DNA of 57,709 nucleotides, taken from the NCBI GenBank assembly GCA_963754785.1, contig CAVWHH010000026.1:1-57709 (forward strand), in the 5' to 3' direction. This DNA is from an uncultured delta proteobacterium. Lineage in GTDB: Bacteria > Desulfobacterota > Syntrophorhabdia > Syntrophorhabdales > Syntrophorhabdaceae. Of this stretch, positions 20,475 to 29,881 are shown piece after piece (the stretch's first letter is position 1; each line of letters starts with the position of its first letter). A program made the translations under genes and the position numbers. A model generated the notes under the pieces. It ran no database searches. It was given only the letters and a program-made list of their open reading frames with translations, and had not been told where the DNA came from.

Positions 20475-20894
20475 GGGACCTCGATAGGTAGTTCATAGAA
20501 TCATAGGTACTTCCGAGTTCCTGCTCGAAACCACCGTGCCTGACATGCCAGTACTTCTTTCCCTGCAGATGCCTCATACTATAGTTAACGTTTCTTCGGT
20601 CATTTGATCAAGCTTTTTTTGTACATACGCGGCGTACCCTCGCGATGTCCGGATCGTTTTGAGAACTTTTTCGAGCGCAATTTTATCACTCCTTTTTTAC
20701 TCTTCACCCCGGAGAGTCATTAAGAACTGTGTGGATTACACGTGGCATCCGCCAACGTAACGTGCAAAAACGTTGCTGGAGGTTTGAGTTGTTCATCAAC
20801 TCATGTTAAGATAAAATATATGGTCAGTTAAAAACATATCTCCGAGTTAATCAATGGAAGGTAAAAGTATAGAAAATCTATTAATAGGAGTTCT

Positions 20895-21923
20895 TTGATG
20901 GAAAAAATCAGACTTGGTCGGACTGATCTATCGGTCAGCAGAAGTGGTTTCGGTGCAATTCCGATTCAACGGATCGGTTTTGAGGATGCCGGGCGCCTGC
21001 TCCGGAAAGCATACGATCACGGAATAAACTTTTTTGACACGGCAAGAGGGTATACCGATAGTGAAGAAAAAATCGGTGTGGCCCTTTCAGATGTCCGGAA
21101 AGAGATTATTATTGCAACCAAGACTCATGCTGGGGACAAAGAAGCTGTTTTAAAGGACTTGGAAACGAGTCTTCGTAATTTAAGGACAGATTATATCGAC
21201 ATTTATCAGATTCACAACCCTCCCAACCTACCCGATCCGGATGATCCATCCGGTGCTTTTTGTGGATTATTGGAAGCACGGAAACAAGGGAAAATCCGGT
21301 TTATCGGGATTACCAATCACCGGTTAGAGGCGATTCTTGAGGCGATAGCTACTGGTTTATATGATACAGTTCAGTATCCTATGTCCGCCCTTGCAACTGA
21401 CGCCGATTTAAAAGCAATCGAGGAATGCCGGAAACATGATCTCGGTTTCATCGCGATGAAAGCTTTAGCGGGAGGTCTACTCACGAACGCAGCCGCGGCT
21501 TTCGCGTTCTTGCGGCAGTATCAGAACGTGATTCCGATTTGGGGGATTCAGAGGGAATCCGAGTTGGATGAGTTCCTTGGATGTGAAAAGAAGCCACCGG
21601 TATTGGATAAGAAAATGTGGCAATTGATTGAACAAGATCGGGCCGCACTTGGCGGATCCTTCTGTCGGGCTTGCGGTTATTGCCTGCCATGTCCCGCTGG
21701 GATTCCCATTCCAACGGCGGCCAGGATGTCATTGTTGCTCCGACGGATGCCTTTTCAGCGGTTTATGGAGGATGATTGGCACAAACAAATGATGTTGATT
21801 AAAGATTGTCAAGATTGTGGGCAATGTAAGGAACATTGTCCTTATCATCTGGATACTCCAACACTCTTACGAGAGATGTTAGAAGATTACGAAGAATTTT
21901 ACAAGAATCATTCCAAAGCATAA
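20895..21923 (+). CDS. aldo/keto reductase with C-terminal 4Fe-4S cluster-binding extension
   Basis: The AKR N-terminus is GFGAIPIQRIGFEDAGRLLRKAYDHGINFFDTARGYTDSEEKIG. The C-terminus has CRACGYCLPCPAGIPI...CQDCGQCKEHCPY. Confidence 0.8.
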   Translation: MMEKIRLGRTDLSVSRSGFGAIPIQRIGFEDAGRLLRKAYDHGINFFDTARGYTDSEEKIGVALSDVRKEIIIATKTHAGDKEAVLKDLETSLRNLRTDYIDIYQIHNPPNLPDPDDPSGAFCGLLEARKQGKIRFIGITNHRLEAILEAIATGLYDTVQYPMSALATDADLKAIEECRKHDLGFIAMKALAGGLLTNAAAAFAFLRQYQNVIPIWGIQRESELDEFLGCEKKPPVLDKKMWQLIEQDRAALGGSFCRACGYCLPCPAGIPIPTAARMSLLLRRMPFQRFMEDDWHKQMMLIKDCQDCGQCKEHCPYHLDTPTLLREMLEDYEEFYKNHSKA

Positions 21924-22389
21924 TAATACCTTACTGTAAACTCGTAGGCGCACCAAGCGGCCATAGGATATCTTCCTGTTATAGTAACCTGAAGTCCTCA
22001 ATCTGAAAACCTTTCACATCTGTGAAGCTTTCAAGCGGCACGGTTGTCGGATCCGTTAGCCCCGTGGCTACAAAATATTGTTGTCAAATAATCCTCCCTT
22101 GGTATATAATTGCCCTGATAAGGGGGATCATGAATATCAATTATATGCCTATTACAAAACAAAACGATCGTTTTGTGGGAAAGACCGCCTCGATTGCATC
22201 CTTCAGGGCAATCACTAAACAGGAAAAAGAATATTCAAAACCCGTAGCAGTGCGGAGCGGCATAGTTCAACGGCTTTTTTCTGAAACTAACGCATCAGAA
22301 AAAAGCTTATAGGGCTTGGCTTTCAATCTCACTGGAGCAAGTACTCTAAGCCCGAAGGGCATTGAGAATAAATAAGAAGGAGAAACATA

Positions 22390-24288
22390 ATGATGACAGG
22401 AATGATAGGATGGATTGCTTTAGGTTTCGTTGTTTTTATTGTTCTGCTCCGTATTCTTCGCGGTTTTTGTTTAATTGGTCCCAATCAAGTCGGCATCCTT
22501 ACTAAAAACATGTTTGGCAAAAAAATGCCTGAAGGACAAATAATCGCGCGTCATGGGGAAATAGGGGTTCAGGCGAAGACTTTAATGCCAGGGCTCTATT
22601 GGAAGCTACCTATAATTTGGTCATTTACAAAAGTTCCGGTAGTGACAGTAGATATCGCTAGTATTGGTATCGTCGAATCTATTGACGGTGAACCACTCCC
22701 TAAAGGTAGAGTGTTAGCCGACGAAGTCGAGAGTAATCAATTTCAAGATGCAGAGATGTTCTTAGCCAACCATGGAAAGAAGGGACCGCAGGTTGGAATT
22801 CTACGTCCAGGCACCTACCGGATAAATTCCAAACTGTTCAATATTACCAAAGCTCCCGCAATAAAGCTAGCTGAGAATACCATTGGTATCGCCGTTGCTA
22901 AAGATGGTATCCCCTTGCCGACTGGCTATGTCATTGCCCCGAAGGCTCTCAATGAGGACGGTACCGAAGCAGACCACAAAGCTTATCAAAATGGGCAGCT
23001 CTTTATCGATAGCAAAGGATACCGGGGACCGCAGTTGGATACCCTGCAACCGGGAATATATTTCATCAATCCGAATTTGTTTGATATTAAAGTTGAAAAT
23101 GTAGCCGAGGTCCTTCCGGGATATGTGGCAGTCATCAGGTCTAACGTGGGGCTGGAGTTGGAGAGGGCGCCCGGAGAGCCCAAGCTAGCTACCAAAGAAG
23201 GAAAATTCGGTGGTCCGATCCATGAAGATGTTGAGAGAATACTGATAACCGATAAATATACTCGCGGTATTTGGAGAGAGCCGATAGCACCTGGAAAATA
23301 CAATCTGAATACGGTTGCTTTTACAGCCTATCAAGTGCCTACTTCCGCCGTCACCATCGATTGGGCAACCGAGGGAAGAATCGGGACAGAGGTAAAGGGA
23401 GTTAAACCAACGGAGGCTAAGGCTGCGGGGGTCCTGTATAGTTTTGATCCCTTGAAGGTGACTTCTAAAGACGGCTTCCAACTGGAAGTCAATGTTCGAA
23501 TGGTGATACGAATTCAACCGGGCAATGCGGCTTACATTATAGCTAGATTCGGGTCAGTGGCCAATCTGATTGATCAAATCGTACATCCGCTGATTGATTC
23601 ATCTTTCAGGAATAAAGCCGGCGAGAAAAAAGCGATTGATTTTTTCCAAAGCCGGACGGACCTACAGACGGAAGCGCTGGTACATGCCAAAGAAAGGTTT
23701 TCTGAGTACAACGTAGAGGCTCAAAACTTACTCATTGCCTACATCGATATACCTAAGGATTTGCTGGACACTCAAACCAAGAAGGAAATTGCCAATCAGC
23801 AGCAAGCCCAGTATGACCAAGAGGCACTATCTCAAGAAAAACGCATTGCGGTCATGGAAAAATCGGCCCGGGCAGATAAACAAAAAGATGTTATTGATGC
23901 CAAATTATCTATAGATATCAATAGTGATAGGGCTGAAGCCAAAGTTAAGGAAGCTGACGGTAATAGGCGCTCTGTAATTCTCCAAGCTCAAGGGACTAAA
24001 GAATCCACAATACTGGTGGCTGATGGGAATTCTTACAAAAGTAAGATTGAGGGTGATGGTGTTGCCGCTGCCTACAATGCCCAGAAAGCGGCCATTGGCC
24101 AGCAGAATGTAGCTATAATCAAACTCATTCAGGAAATAGCGGCTGGTAAGATTCAAATTGTGCCTCAAGTTCTGGTTGGAGGTGGGGATGCCTTAGCGAG
24201 CGGAAACCTATTCAACGCATGGTTATCACAAATGATTTCTCAAAACGTACCGAAAGATGAGGAGAAAGATATAAAATCGATTGAATAA
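22390..24288 (+). CDS. large flotillin/SPFH (band-7)-like membrane protein with an internal repeat-containing insertion and flotillin-type Ala/Glu/Lys-rich C-terminus
   Basis: N-terminal TM helix. SPFH-like segments are GILTKNMFGKK...GLYWKLPIIWSF and FQLEVNVRMVIRIQPGNAAYIIARFGS...NLLIAYIDIP. C-terminal repeats include AEAKVKEADGNRRSVILQAQG...AAAYNAQKAAIGQ. GC content is noticeably lower than in the flanks. Confidence 0.6.
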   Translation: MMTGMIGWIALGFVVFIVLLRILRGFCLIGPNQVGILTKNMFGKKMPEGQIIARHGEIGVQAKTLMPGLYWKLPIIWSFTKVPVVTVDIASIGIVESIDGEPLPKGRVLADEVESNQFQDAEMFLANHGKKGPQVGILRPGTYRINSKLFNITKAPAIKLAENTIGIAVAKDGIPLPTGYVIAPKALNEDGTEADHKAYQNGQLFIDSKGYRGPQLDTLQPGIYFINPNLFDIKVENVAEVLPGYVAVIRSNVGLELERAPGEPKLATKEGKFGGPIHEDVERILITDKYTRGIWREPIAPGKYNLNTVAFTAYQVPTSAVTIDWATEGRIGTEVKGVKPTEAKAAGVLYSFDPLKVTSKDGFQLEVNVRMVIRIQPGNAAYIIARFGSVANLIDQIVHPLIDSSFRNKAGEKKAIDFFQSRTDLQTEALVHAKERFSEYNVEAQNLLIAYIDIPKDLLDTQTKKEIANQQQAQYDQEALSQEKRIAVMEKSARADKQKDVIDAKLSIDINSDRAEAKVKEADGNRRSVILQAQGTKESTILVADGNSYKSKIEGDGVAAAYNAQKAAIGQQNVAIIKLIQEIAAGKIQIVPQVLVGGGDALASGNLFNAWLSQMISQNVPKDEEKDIKSIE

Positions 24289-24516
24289 TCTGTAACCTCT
24301 TTGGTGCCTGACAATTCATTGGAAAACCGCCCGACCGTCAGAGCGTCATTGTCAGGTGAGGTCTTGCTTCTGGAAGCAGGTTTTGAGAACGAGGATCGTC
24401 CAGCATAAACTCTGAGGCCGGCTCAATTCGGCCGTTTCAGGCAGCATAGGATTGTGACAAATTACACGAGAGAAGCACGGAACGCTGTGATGAAACGGCG
24501 GCAACCGGTACAATGA

Positions 24517-25035
24517 AGGGAGCCGAAAGAAGATCCATCCAAAGGACAGAGCATCCTAAAGAATGTTGTCATCATCGGTTCGGGGTTTTCTGGTCTCCTG
24601 TGTGGTAATCTCATAACAAAGAAAGGGCATAAGGTAACGATATTTGAATCCCATGCCACGCCGAGCTGGCACGCAGCGGGTTTCTGGAGAGAGGGTTTTT
24701 ATTTCGAAAGCGGCACAGTCTCCCTGAAGGGTTCTCTCACGGTACACAAGGCCATGAAACATATCGGGCTCAAAGATACGATCGAGTTCGTGAGGCAGAG
24801 AATCAGGCTGGTCACCCCGGAGTATGATTTCATTCCTGGGAGTTATGAAGAAGTAAAGTAGCTTTACCTCAAAACCTTTGTGGCCGATAGACCCAATCTT
24901 GGGCGGCTCTTTGGTGAAATCGACGAAATCGTCAATGCAATACCTTTCAGCGGAAGACCCATACATGCGATGTACGAAGGCCAGGAGTATGCGGCCACCA
25001 TGGCGGCGATGATGGCATCAGGAAGAGAGCGATGA
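24517..25035 (+). pseudogene. eroded FAD/NAD(P)-binding oxidoreductase (amine-oxidase/phytoene-desaturase-like) fragment lacking a start and with a frame break
   Basis: Stop-to-stop frame reads ...ILKNVVIIGSGFSGLLCGNLITKKGHKVTIFESHATPSWHAAGFWREGFYFESG. That is the GxGxxG Rossmann N-terminus of flavin amine-oxidase-like enzymes, with no upstream ATG. A second frame gives LYLKTFVADRPNLGRLFGEIDEI... Confidence 0.45.
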
Positions 25036-25304
25036 AAGTGAGAAGCATCAAATCCCTTTCTTAATCCGGATCAAACACGGAAGCCGGCCCGATCTCTTGA
25101 GGGCAGGTCAATACCTTTTATTGTCTTTTTTTGGCAGGACTGTATTTCGGAATTCTCGTATTCGTATTGCTGCCGGCAGGACGTAGACAGTACAAGGGTC
25201 AAATTTGACAGACTTCTTGTAACGGACTCATGTTGGAAGGCAAATCTCTCTCTGTTGCTCACTTTGTGAGTTAAAGGGCTTACGTTCCATCATGTTTTGC
25301 CTTC

Positions 25305-25550
25305 TCAACTTCCTGCCTTCTTCGCTTTTAGGGGTTGCCGTGCCGAAGGTTGAGCCAATCGTCTTTCCGGGCCTGAATAAGAGCCACCCATTCCGCGCAG
25401 AGGACCCTCGTCAGTAAGGACCCAGGCATTTTCTGACGGACGAAAGAACTGCCGGATCTCTCTTGAGGTAATCAGCCTGTCAAGAGCCAAAGAATCCACA
25501 TAGTCATATTTCATGTCCTGATATTGTATCTTAAGAAGCATATGTTGCAC
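25305..25550 (-). CDS. small conserved hypothetical protein (81 aa)
   Basis: MQHMLLKIQYQDMKYDYVDSLALDRLITSREIRQFFRPSENAWVLTDEGPLRG... From memory it resembles short GSU3473-like proteins of Desulfuromonadales. This is not verified. Confidence 0.4.
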   Translation of the reverse strand: MQHMLLKIQYQDMKYDYVDSLALDRLITSREIRQFFRPSENAWVLTDEGPLRGMGGSYSGPERRLAQPSARQPLKAKKAGS

Positions 25551-25681
25551 CTCCCATGATGTGGCTGCGATCTGTCAATCATTATTATAGCACAAGACAT
25601 AGCCTGCAGCGAAGCATGAATCATGAAGAAATTACCGCGCGAATTGGTATGCGATGCCCGCAGAAAATCCTGTGGAATGTT

Positions 25682-25733
25682 AGAAATTGTCAGGTTTTTT
25701 TGACCTAAAGGTTTAAGTTTCTTTTCAACAGGT
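25682..25733. repeat. Repeat family C, copy C2 (truncated by the IS-A insertion)
   Basis: agaaattgtcaggtttttttgacctaaaggtttaagtttcttttcaacag, directly abutting the IS-A end gtcttcacc. Confidence 0.5.
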
Positions 25734-27574
25734 CTTCACCTCTCAGCCACGTGCTCCCGGTATCGATAACGTAGTAGACTTCAAGGGAGATTTCTGTTTT
25801 CAGTGAGTTTTTTTCTGGTGACTACAGGAACCTCCCGGTGAGGAAGGGCGAGGGGCATGCTCACCTTGAGGGCTTTCAATAATTGTCGTGAAGTTTCCCG
25901 TGGCCGGGGGATCTTGAGGCACGGTGGATGGTTCTTCACGGTCATCTCTATCGAGCAGAGCGTGGACAAGTGCCTCAAGCCTTCTTCGACTGTGACATTG
26001 AGCGGGGCCCAGGCCTCTTGAAGCGCCCGGACAATCATGTAGGCAAGCATCACCACCAGGACGTGTCCCCGGGTGCTCTTCTCTCTCTGGACATACACGG
26101 GCCTCACTTCGAGAAAGTCGGTCTTGCACGAGCGAAATGCCTGCTCAACCGCTGCGAGGTCTTTATACCGGTCGTGGATGACCTGTGTGTCCGCTGCCTC
26201 CCGGGGAAGGTCTGTCTTGATGACGTAGCAGCCATCGAGGAGGGAGGCTTGTTTGAGCGCCTCCTCATCGATCTTAAGGCACAGCGTCCGCTCCGATACG
26301 CTCAGGTGTAACCATGGGGTAGTCTTGAGCTTGCTCATCTTCTTTTCCACATCCCTCAAGGCTGTCTCTACCCTGGCTTTGGCATGTTCCCCCAGATAGT
26401 CGTTCTTCTCTCGCACCAGGGTTTCAAGGCTTGCAAGCTTCGCCATCCGGTTTGTCCTGATCTCCTCAGCACGAACGGGGTTACGCCTCAGGATATAGCG
26501 GATGCCCTTATGTGCCACTTCAGCGATATCCCGATCAAAGAGGCCAAGCTGGATCACTCCCCTTGCAAGGAGTGTCCTGATCTGAGGCTTGGTGATGGCG
26601 GTGATGTAGTGAAACCCTTGGGGCAGGTTTTCTATCTGTGGCATCTTGATCATGCCCCGGTCTCCCACGAGCGTCACCCGATGACAGCCGAAGCGCTGGG
26701 CGGCTTTGGCCACCTGGGAGTCAAAGGTCTCGGTGTCGCGCGTATTGCCGGCAAAGACCTCGGTTGAGACCGGTTCACCCCATTTATCGCAGAGCAGGCC
26801 GATCACGATCTGCTTCTTGCCCCGCTTGCCGTCCCGATTGTAGCCGTAGGCGCCGAAGAAGTTCTTCTCTCCTTCCAAATAGCTACTCGTGACGTCATAG
26901 AGAAAGAGCTCTGGGGCATCCGTGTGCCGGGCAGAAAAGAGCGTCTTCTCTATACGCGCCTGGTGGTCGGTAAGCCACCTGAGGTTCTCATAGAGATCGT
27001 TTTCGTCAAAGCCCCGTGTGAGGGCGAGCACATCACCTATGGCATGGATTTTTGCGAGACGCACGGCTGAAAGACGGGAACCCTGGTCGAGGACCCGGGC
27101 AATCACCTGCCAGAGGGCCAGCTTTCCGGTAAACTCGTTGCCCAAGGCCCGTTCAATCCCGGTCCTCTTGGCAAGCTGGTAGACGGCCCAGGCGGCCCCT
27201 ATCGCAAGACCTTCTTTAAGGTCAACGCTCTCTTTCAGGGATCCCACTTCCGAGAGGTTATCCTTGTGCGAAAGGGCCAGCTTGATGGCGGCGATCTCTT
27301 CGGGCTTGCACGAAGAAAGGTTCGCGATGGTCCGCTTCCTTACCTTTTTACCCACCCGGTAGGATTCTCTCAGCAGCACGGAGTGGTAAATCTTTTTCCC
27401 CTGCTTTGATCTGTTCTCCACGATATGCATACCTACATATATACCGCATAATAACCTACTTGTCAAGTAAAACATACCATATTATGGTTATCATTAGTGA
27501 CTACATTATCTGCACAAAAATAACCTAAAACCAATCAATTCAGATTGTTACGGATATAGCCGAGGTGAAGATGT
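25732..27574 (-). mobile_element. IS-A copy 1: complete IS4/IS1634-like insertion sequence (about 1.84 kb) with terminal inverted repeats approximately CATCTTCACC
   Basis: The ends are ggtgaagatgt (27564-27574) and gtcttcacc (25732-25740). The internal 564-aa DDE transposase is intact. A near-identical second copy lies at 50657-54382. Confidence 0.7.
25781..27475 (-). CDS. IS4/IS1634-family DDE transposase (IS-A), full length 564 aa
   Basis: FLYDVTSSYLEGEKNFFGAYGYNRDGKRGKKQIVIGLLCD...LVGDRGM is the IS1634-type DDE region. About 98% identical to the interrupted copy at 50765-54332. Confidence 0.85.
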   Translation of the reverse strand: MFYLTSRLLCGIYVGMHIVENRSKQGKKIYHSVLLRESYRVGKKVRKRTIANLSSCKPEEIAAIKLALSHKDNLSEVGSLKESVDLKEGLAIGAAWAVYQLAKRTGIERALGNEFTGKLALWQVIARVLDQGSRLSAVRLAKIHAIGDVLALTRGFDENDLYENLRWLTDHQARIEKTLFSARHTDAPELFLYDVTSSYLEGEKNFFGAYGYNRDGKRGKKQIVIGLLCDKWGEPVSTEVFAGNTRDTETFDSQVAKAAQRFGCHRVTLVGDRGMIKMPQIENLPQGFHYITAITKPQIRTLLARGVIQLGLFDRDIAEVAHKGIRYILRRNPVRAEEIRTNRMAKLASLETLVREKNDYLGEHAKARVETALRDVEKKMSKLKTTPWLHLSVSERTLCLKIDEEALKQASLLDGCYVIKTDLPREAADTQVIHDRYKDLAAVEQAFRSCKTDFLEVRPVYVQREKSTRGHVLVVMLAYMIVRALQEAWAPLNVTVEEGLRHLSTLCSIEMTVKNHPPCLKIPRPRETSRQLLKALKVSMPLALPHREVPVVTRKKLTENRNLP

Positions 27575-29438
27575 GTTTCAACGCACTTTCCCCCCGCCTG
27601 TGTGCAATAATTCCCTTATCTAGCAACGGTTGGAGACGGATTTCTCGTTTCGCTGGTATGGCTACAGGTTGACTTTGAGAAGTCGGAGGATTTTTTTCTG
27701 ATCCTCGTCGAGTTCGGTGACTACTTTGCAGGGAACGCCTGCGGTCAAGACCACCTCTCTCCTTATGCTCTTTATCCTCTCGATAACCCGCTCAAAGGTC
27801 CACTGTCTTTTCTTGCCTTTCTTGTTTGACGCGAGGAGGGCCTTTAATCGTTTCGTCATGTGCCATTGGAGGTAGTAGGCAAGCATGCAGATGAATACGT
27901 GGCATCGAATACGGTGGTCCTTCTTGTGATAGACCGGCCTTATCTCAAGCTGTACGGTCTTGAGACTACGGAAGGCCTGCTCGACGAGGGTGAGCTTTTT
28001 GTAAGAGGCCACCATCTCCTGTTTATCGAGTCTGTCGGGGGGAACATCAGACTTGACGATGTAGCAACCGTCGAGGAGTTCCTCTAGATTCTTCTTCTCG
28101 TCTTTTATCGTATAGGAGAGCCGCCCCTCTTTTACCTCCCAGTCAATAAATTTCCCCATCCGGGTTTTCTGGAGTATTTTGCCCACCCTTGCCGCAATCC
28201 GCTCGGGGGTGCTCTTCCTTTTTGCCGTGACGATCGTATCCAGGGCCTTTGTTGCCCTTTTCAGGAGGGCACCCCTTGTCTTTGCTTCCTTCGCCGCCAC
28301 CCGTTCGTTTTTACAGAGGCAGTACCGGAGCGAGGGATTGTCGGGATCGAGCACCTCGACGATCTCTTTTTCATCGAAGAGCTCGGGCTGGATGACCTTT
28401 TTCTCGAGGAGGGAAACGATCTGGGGGTGGGTGAGGGCGCTCACGGTGAAGAGGCCTAAGACACCCTTTACCTTCTCGTAGTTTGCGCTCGTCACCATAC
28501 CCCGGTCTCCCACGAAGATGAGCTCGGTAATGCCATAGGTTTTCTGGATTTCTTCGATCTTCTCGGGGACGGTTTTCGCATCCTGGGTGTTGCCAGGAAA
28601 CACCTCGACACCAACCGGACACCCCTCTTCATTGCAGATGAGACCGATCACCATCTGCTCGTGGCCTTTCTTTCCATCGCGGTTGTAGCCAAATGAGACG
28701 ATGTCGCTTTCCTCATACGCCCCCTCGAAGTAACTTGAAGTGATGTCGTACAGCACGAGATGGCCGTTTTTAATATGCTTCCTGGCGGGTGCCTTCTGTA
28801 CCGCCTCCTGCCGTGTAAGAAGGCGGTCCATGGGCTCGTAGCAGTGAGTGTCTACATCGACCTCCCCTTCAATGCCCGCAAGCTCCCAGAGGGTACTATC
28901 CGTAAAGAGGCAGGAAAGATGGAGCTTGCTTCCCGCATACACGATTCTCCCCGAAATCATGGCGAGCACGTCCCTCACCCACTGTTCATAGGGGCGGGAG
29001 TAAATAATGCGATCGAGTTCGAGCTCTTTCGCGAGCTTAAGGAGGGCATATGAGGCGCCGAACTCTTTGGACTCTCTCGTCTTCACCGCGTCAGAAGAGG
29101 AGGTGATGACCACGTCTCCCCTCAGCGCCGCCTGGACTACTTTGAGCTCATCGAGGGTCATACCAGTGAGCCTGCCGTGGCTCGTGTGCTTCAGTTTTCC
29201 CTGATCACGAAAAGAAGTACGAATGAGGCCGGCGTAGTTCCCCTTGTATTCCTGAATCTCGAGGTGATATCTCAGGGGCTTCTTTCTTCTCATGGCTTCT
29301 ATAATACGACACTTGTTATTATATGTCAAGACAATAATACTTCTATTTAATGGCTACAATAGAACGTCCATAACACCATTTTTGCCTTGAGTGCCAAGGG
29401 TATTAAGGGAAATTTGCAGGGGGAAAATGCGTTTCAAC
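27575..29438 (-). mobile_element. IS-C: second IS4/IS1634-like element with 19-bp imperfect terminal inverted repeats GGGGAAA(A/G)TGCGTT(T/G)(C/A)AAC, abutting IS-A
   Basis: IR at 27575-27595 (gtttcaacgcactttcccc) and 29420-29438 (ggggaaaatgcgtttcaac). Encodes a 555-aa transposase. Confidence 0.65.
27662..29329 (-). CDS. IS4/IS1634-family DDE transposase (IS-C), 555 aa
   Basis: LVLYDITSSYFEGAYEESDIVSFGYNRDGKKGHEQMVIGLICNEEGCPVGVEVFPGNTQD...FVGDRGM. Paralogous to the IS-A and IS-B transposases but clearly distinct. Confidence 0.85.
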   Translation of the reverse strand: MTYNNKCRIIEAMRRKKPLRYHLEIQEYKGNYAGLIRTSFRDQGKLKHTSHGRLTGMTLDELKVVQAALRGDVVITSSSDAVKTRESKEFGASYALLKLAKELELDRIIYSRPYEQWVRDVLAMISGRIVYAGSKLHLSCLFTDSTLWELAGIEGEVDVDTHCYEPMDRLLTRQEAVQKAPARKHIKNGHLVLYDITSSYFEGAYEESDIVSFGYNRDGKKGHEQMVIGLICNEEGCPVGVEVFPGNTQDAKTVPEKIEEIQKTYGITELIFVGDRGMVTSANYEKVKGVLGLFTVSALTHPQIVSLLEKKVIQPELFDEKEIVEVLDPDNPSLRYCLCKNERVAAKEAKTRGALLKRATKALDTIVTAKRKSTPERIAARVGKILQKTRMGKFIDWEVKEGRLSYTIKDEKKNLEELLDGCYIVKSDVPPDRLDKQEMVASYKKLTLVEQAFRSLKTVQLEIRPVYHKKDHRIRCHVFICMLAYYLQWHMTKRLKALLASNKKGKKRQWTFERVIERIKSIRREVVLTAGVPCKVVTELDEDQKKILRLLKVNL

Positions 29439-29716
29439 TGCTGCAGACTCTTTGTGCCACCAATCCTCACAGCAAAAATAAGGTCGAAACATCTATACTT
29501 TTGAAATCTGTAATGCACCCAAAACTGCTGCCGCGAGGGGTGCTTCCTTAAGATTCGCTTTTCCATGACCCCACCTGCATTGAAGAGTTTGGGTGCCATT
29601 TTTCGTCATCTGCCTGCTTACGTTTCTGTTCCGTAACAGATGCAAGCTATGGTGACATTGGTAGGTTGCAACGCCAATAAGCTTAAAGATGAAATCACCG
29701 AAAGTACGGGGAAGTC

Positions 29717-29770
29717 GTTTTAGTGGAGAAATTAACTTTAGAGGTGGTACAATGGGTGGGGGCAGGTCAG
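29717..29770. repeat. Repeat family B, copy B2
   Basis: ttttagtggagaaattaactttagaggtggtacaatgggtgggggcaggtca. Confidence 0.55.
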
Positions 29771-29881
29771 GTTTGCATCGGTTCTGTTCTGCCAACCCAA
29801 GAAAAGGAAAGCGATGGAAGAGACAACAAACGGGTTGTTATGGACCATGTGGTCTAAAAGAGTCATTGCGGAGGAAAAACC

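Noticed and set aside
24556-24966. Minus-strand 136-aa ORF from the track
   Set aside because: The plus strand of the same interval encodes a recognisable (though eroded) Rossmann-fold oxidoreductase N-terminus. The minus ORF has no features and is most likely a shadow ORF.
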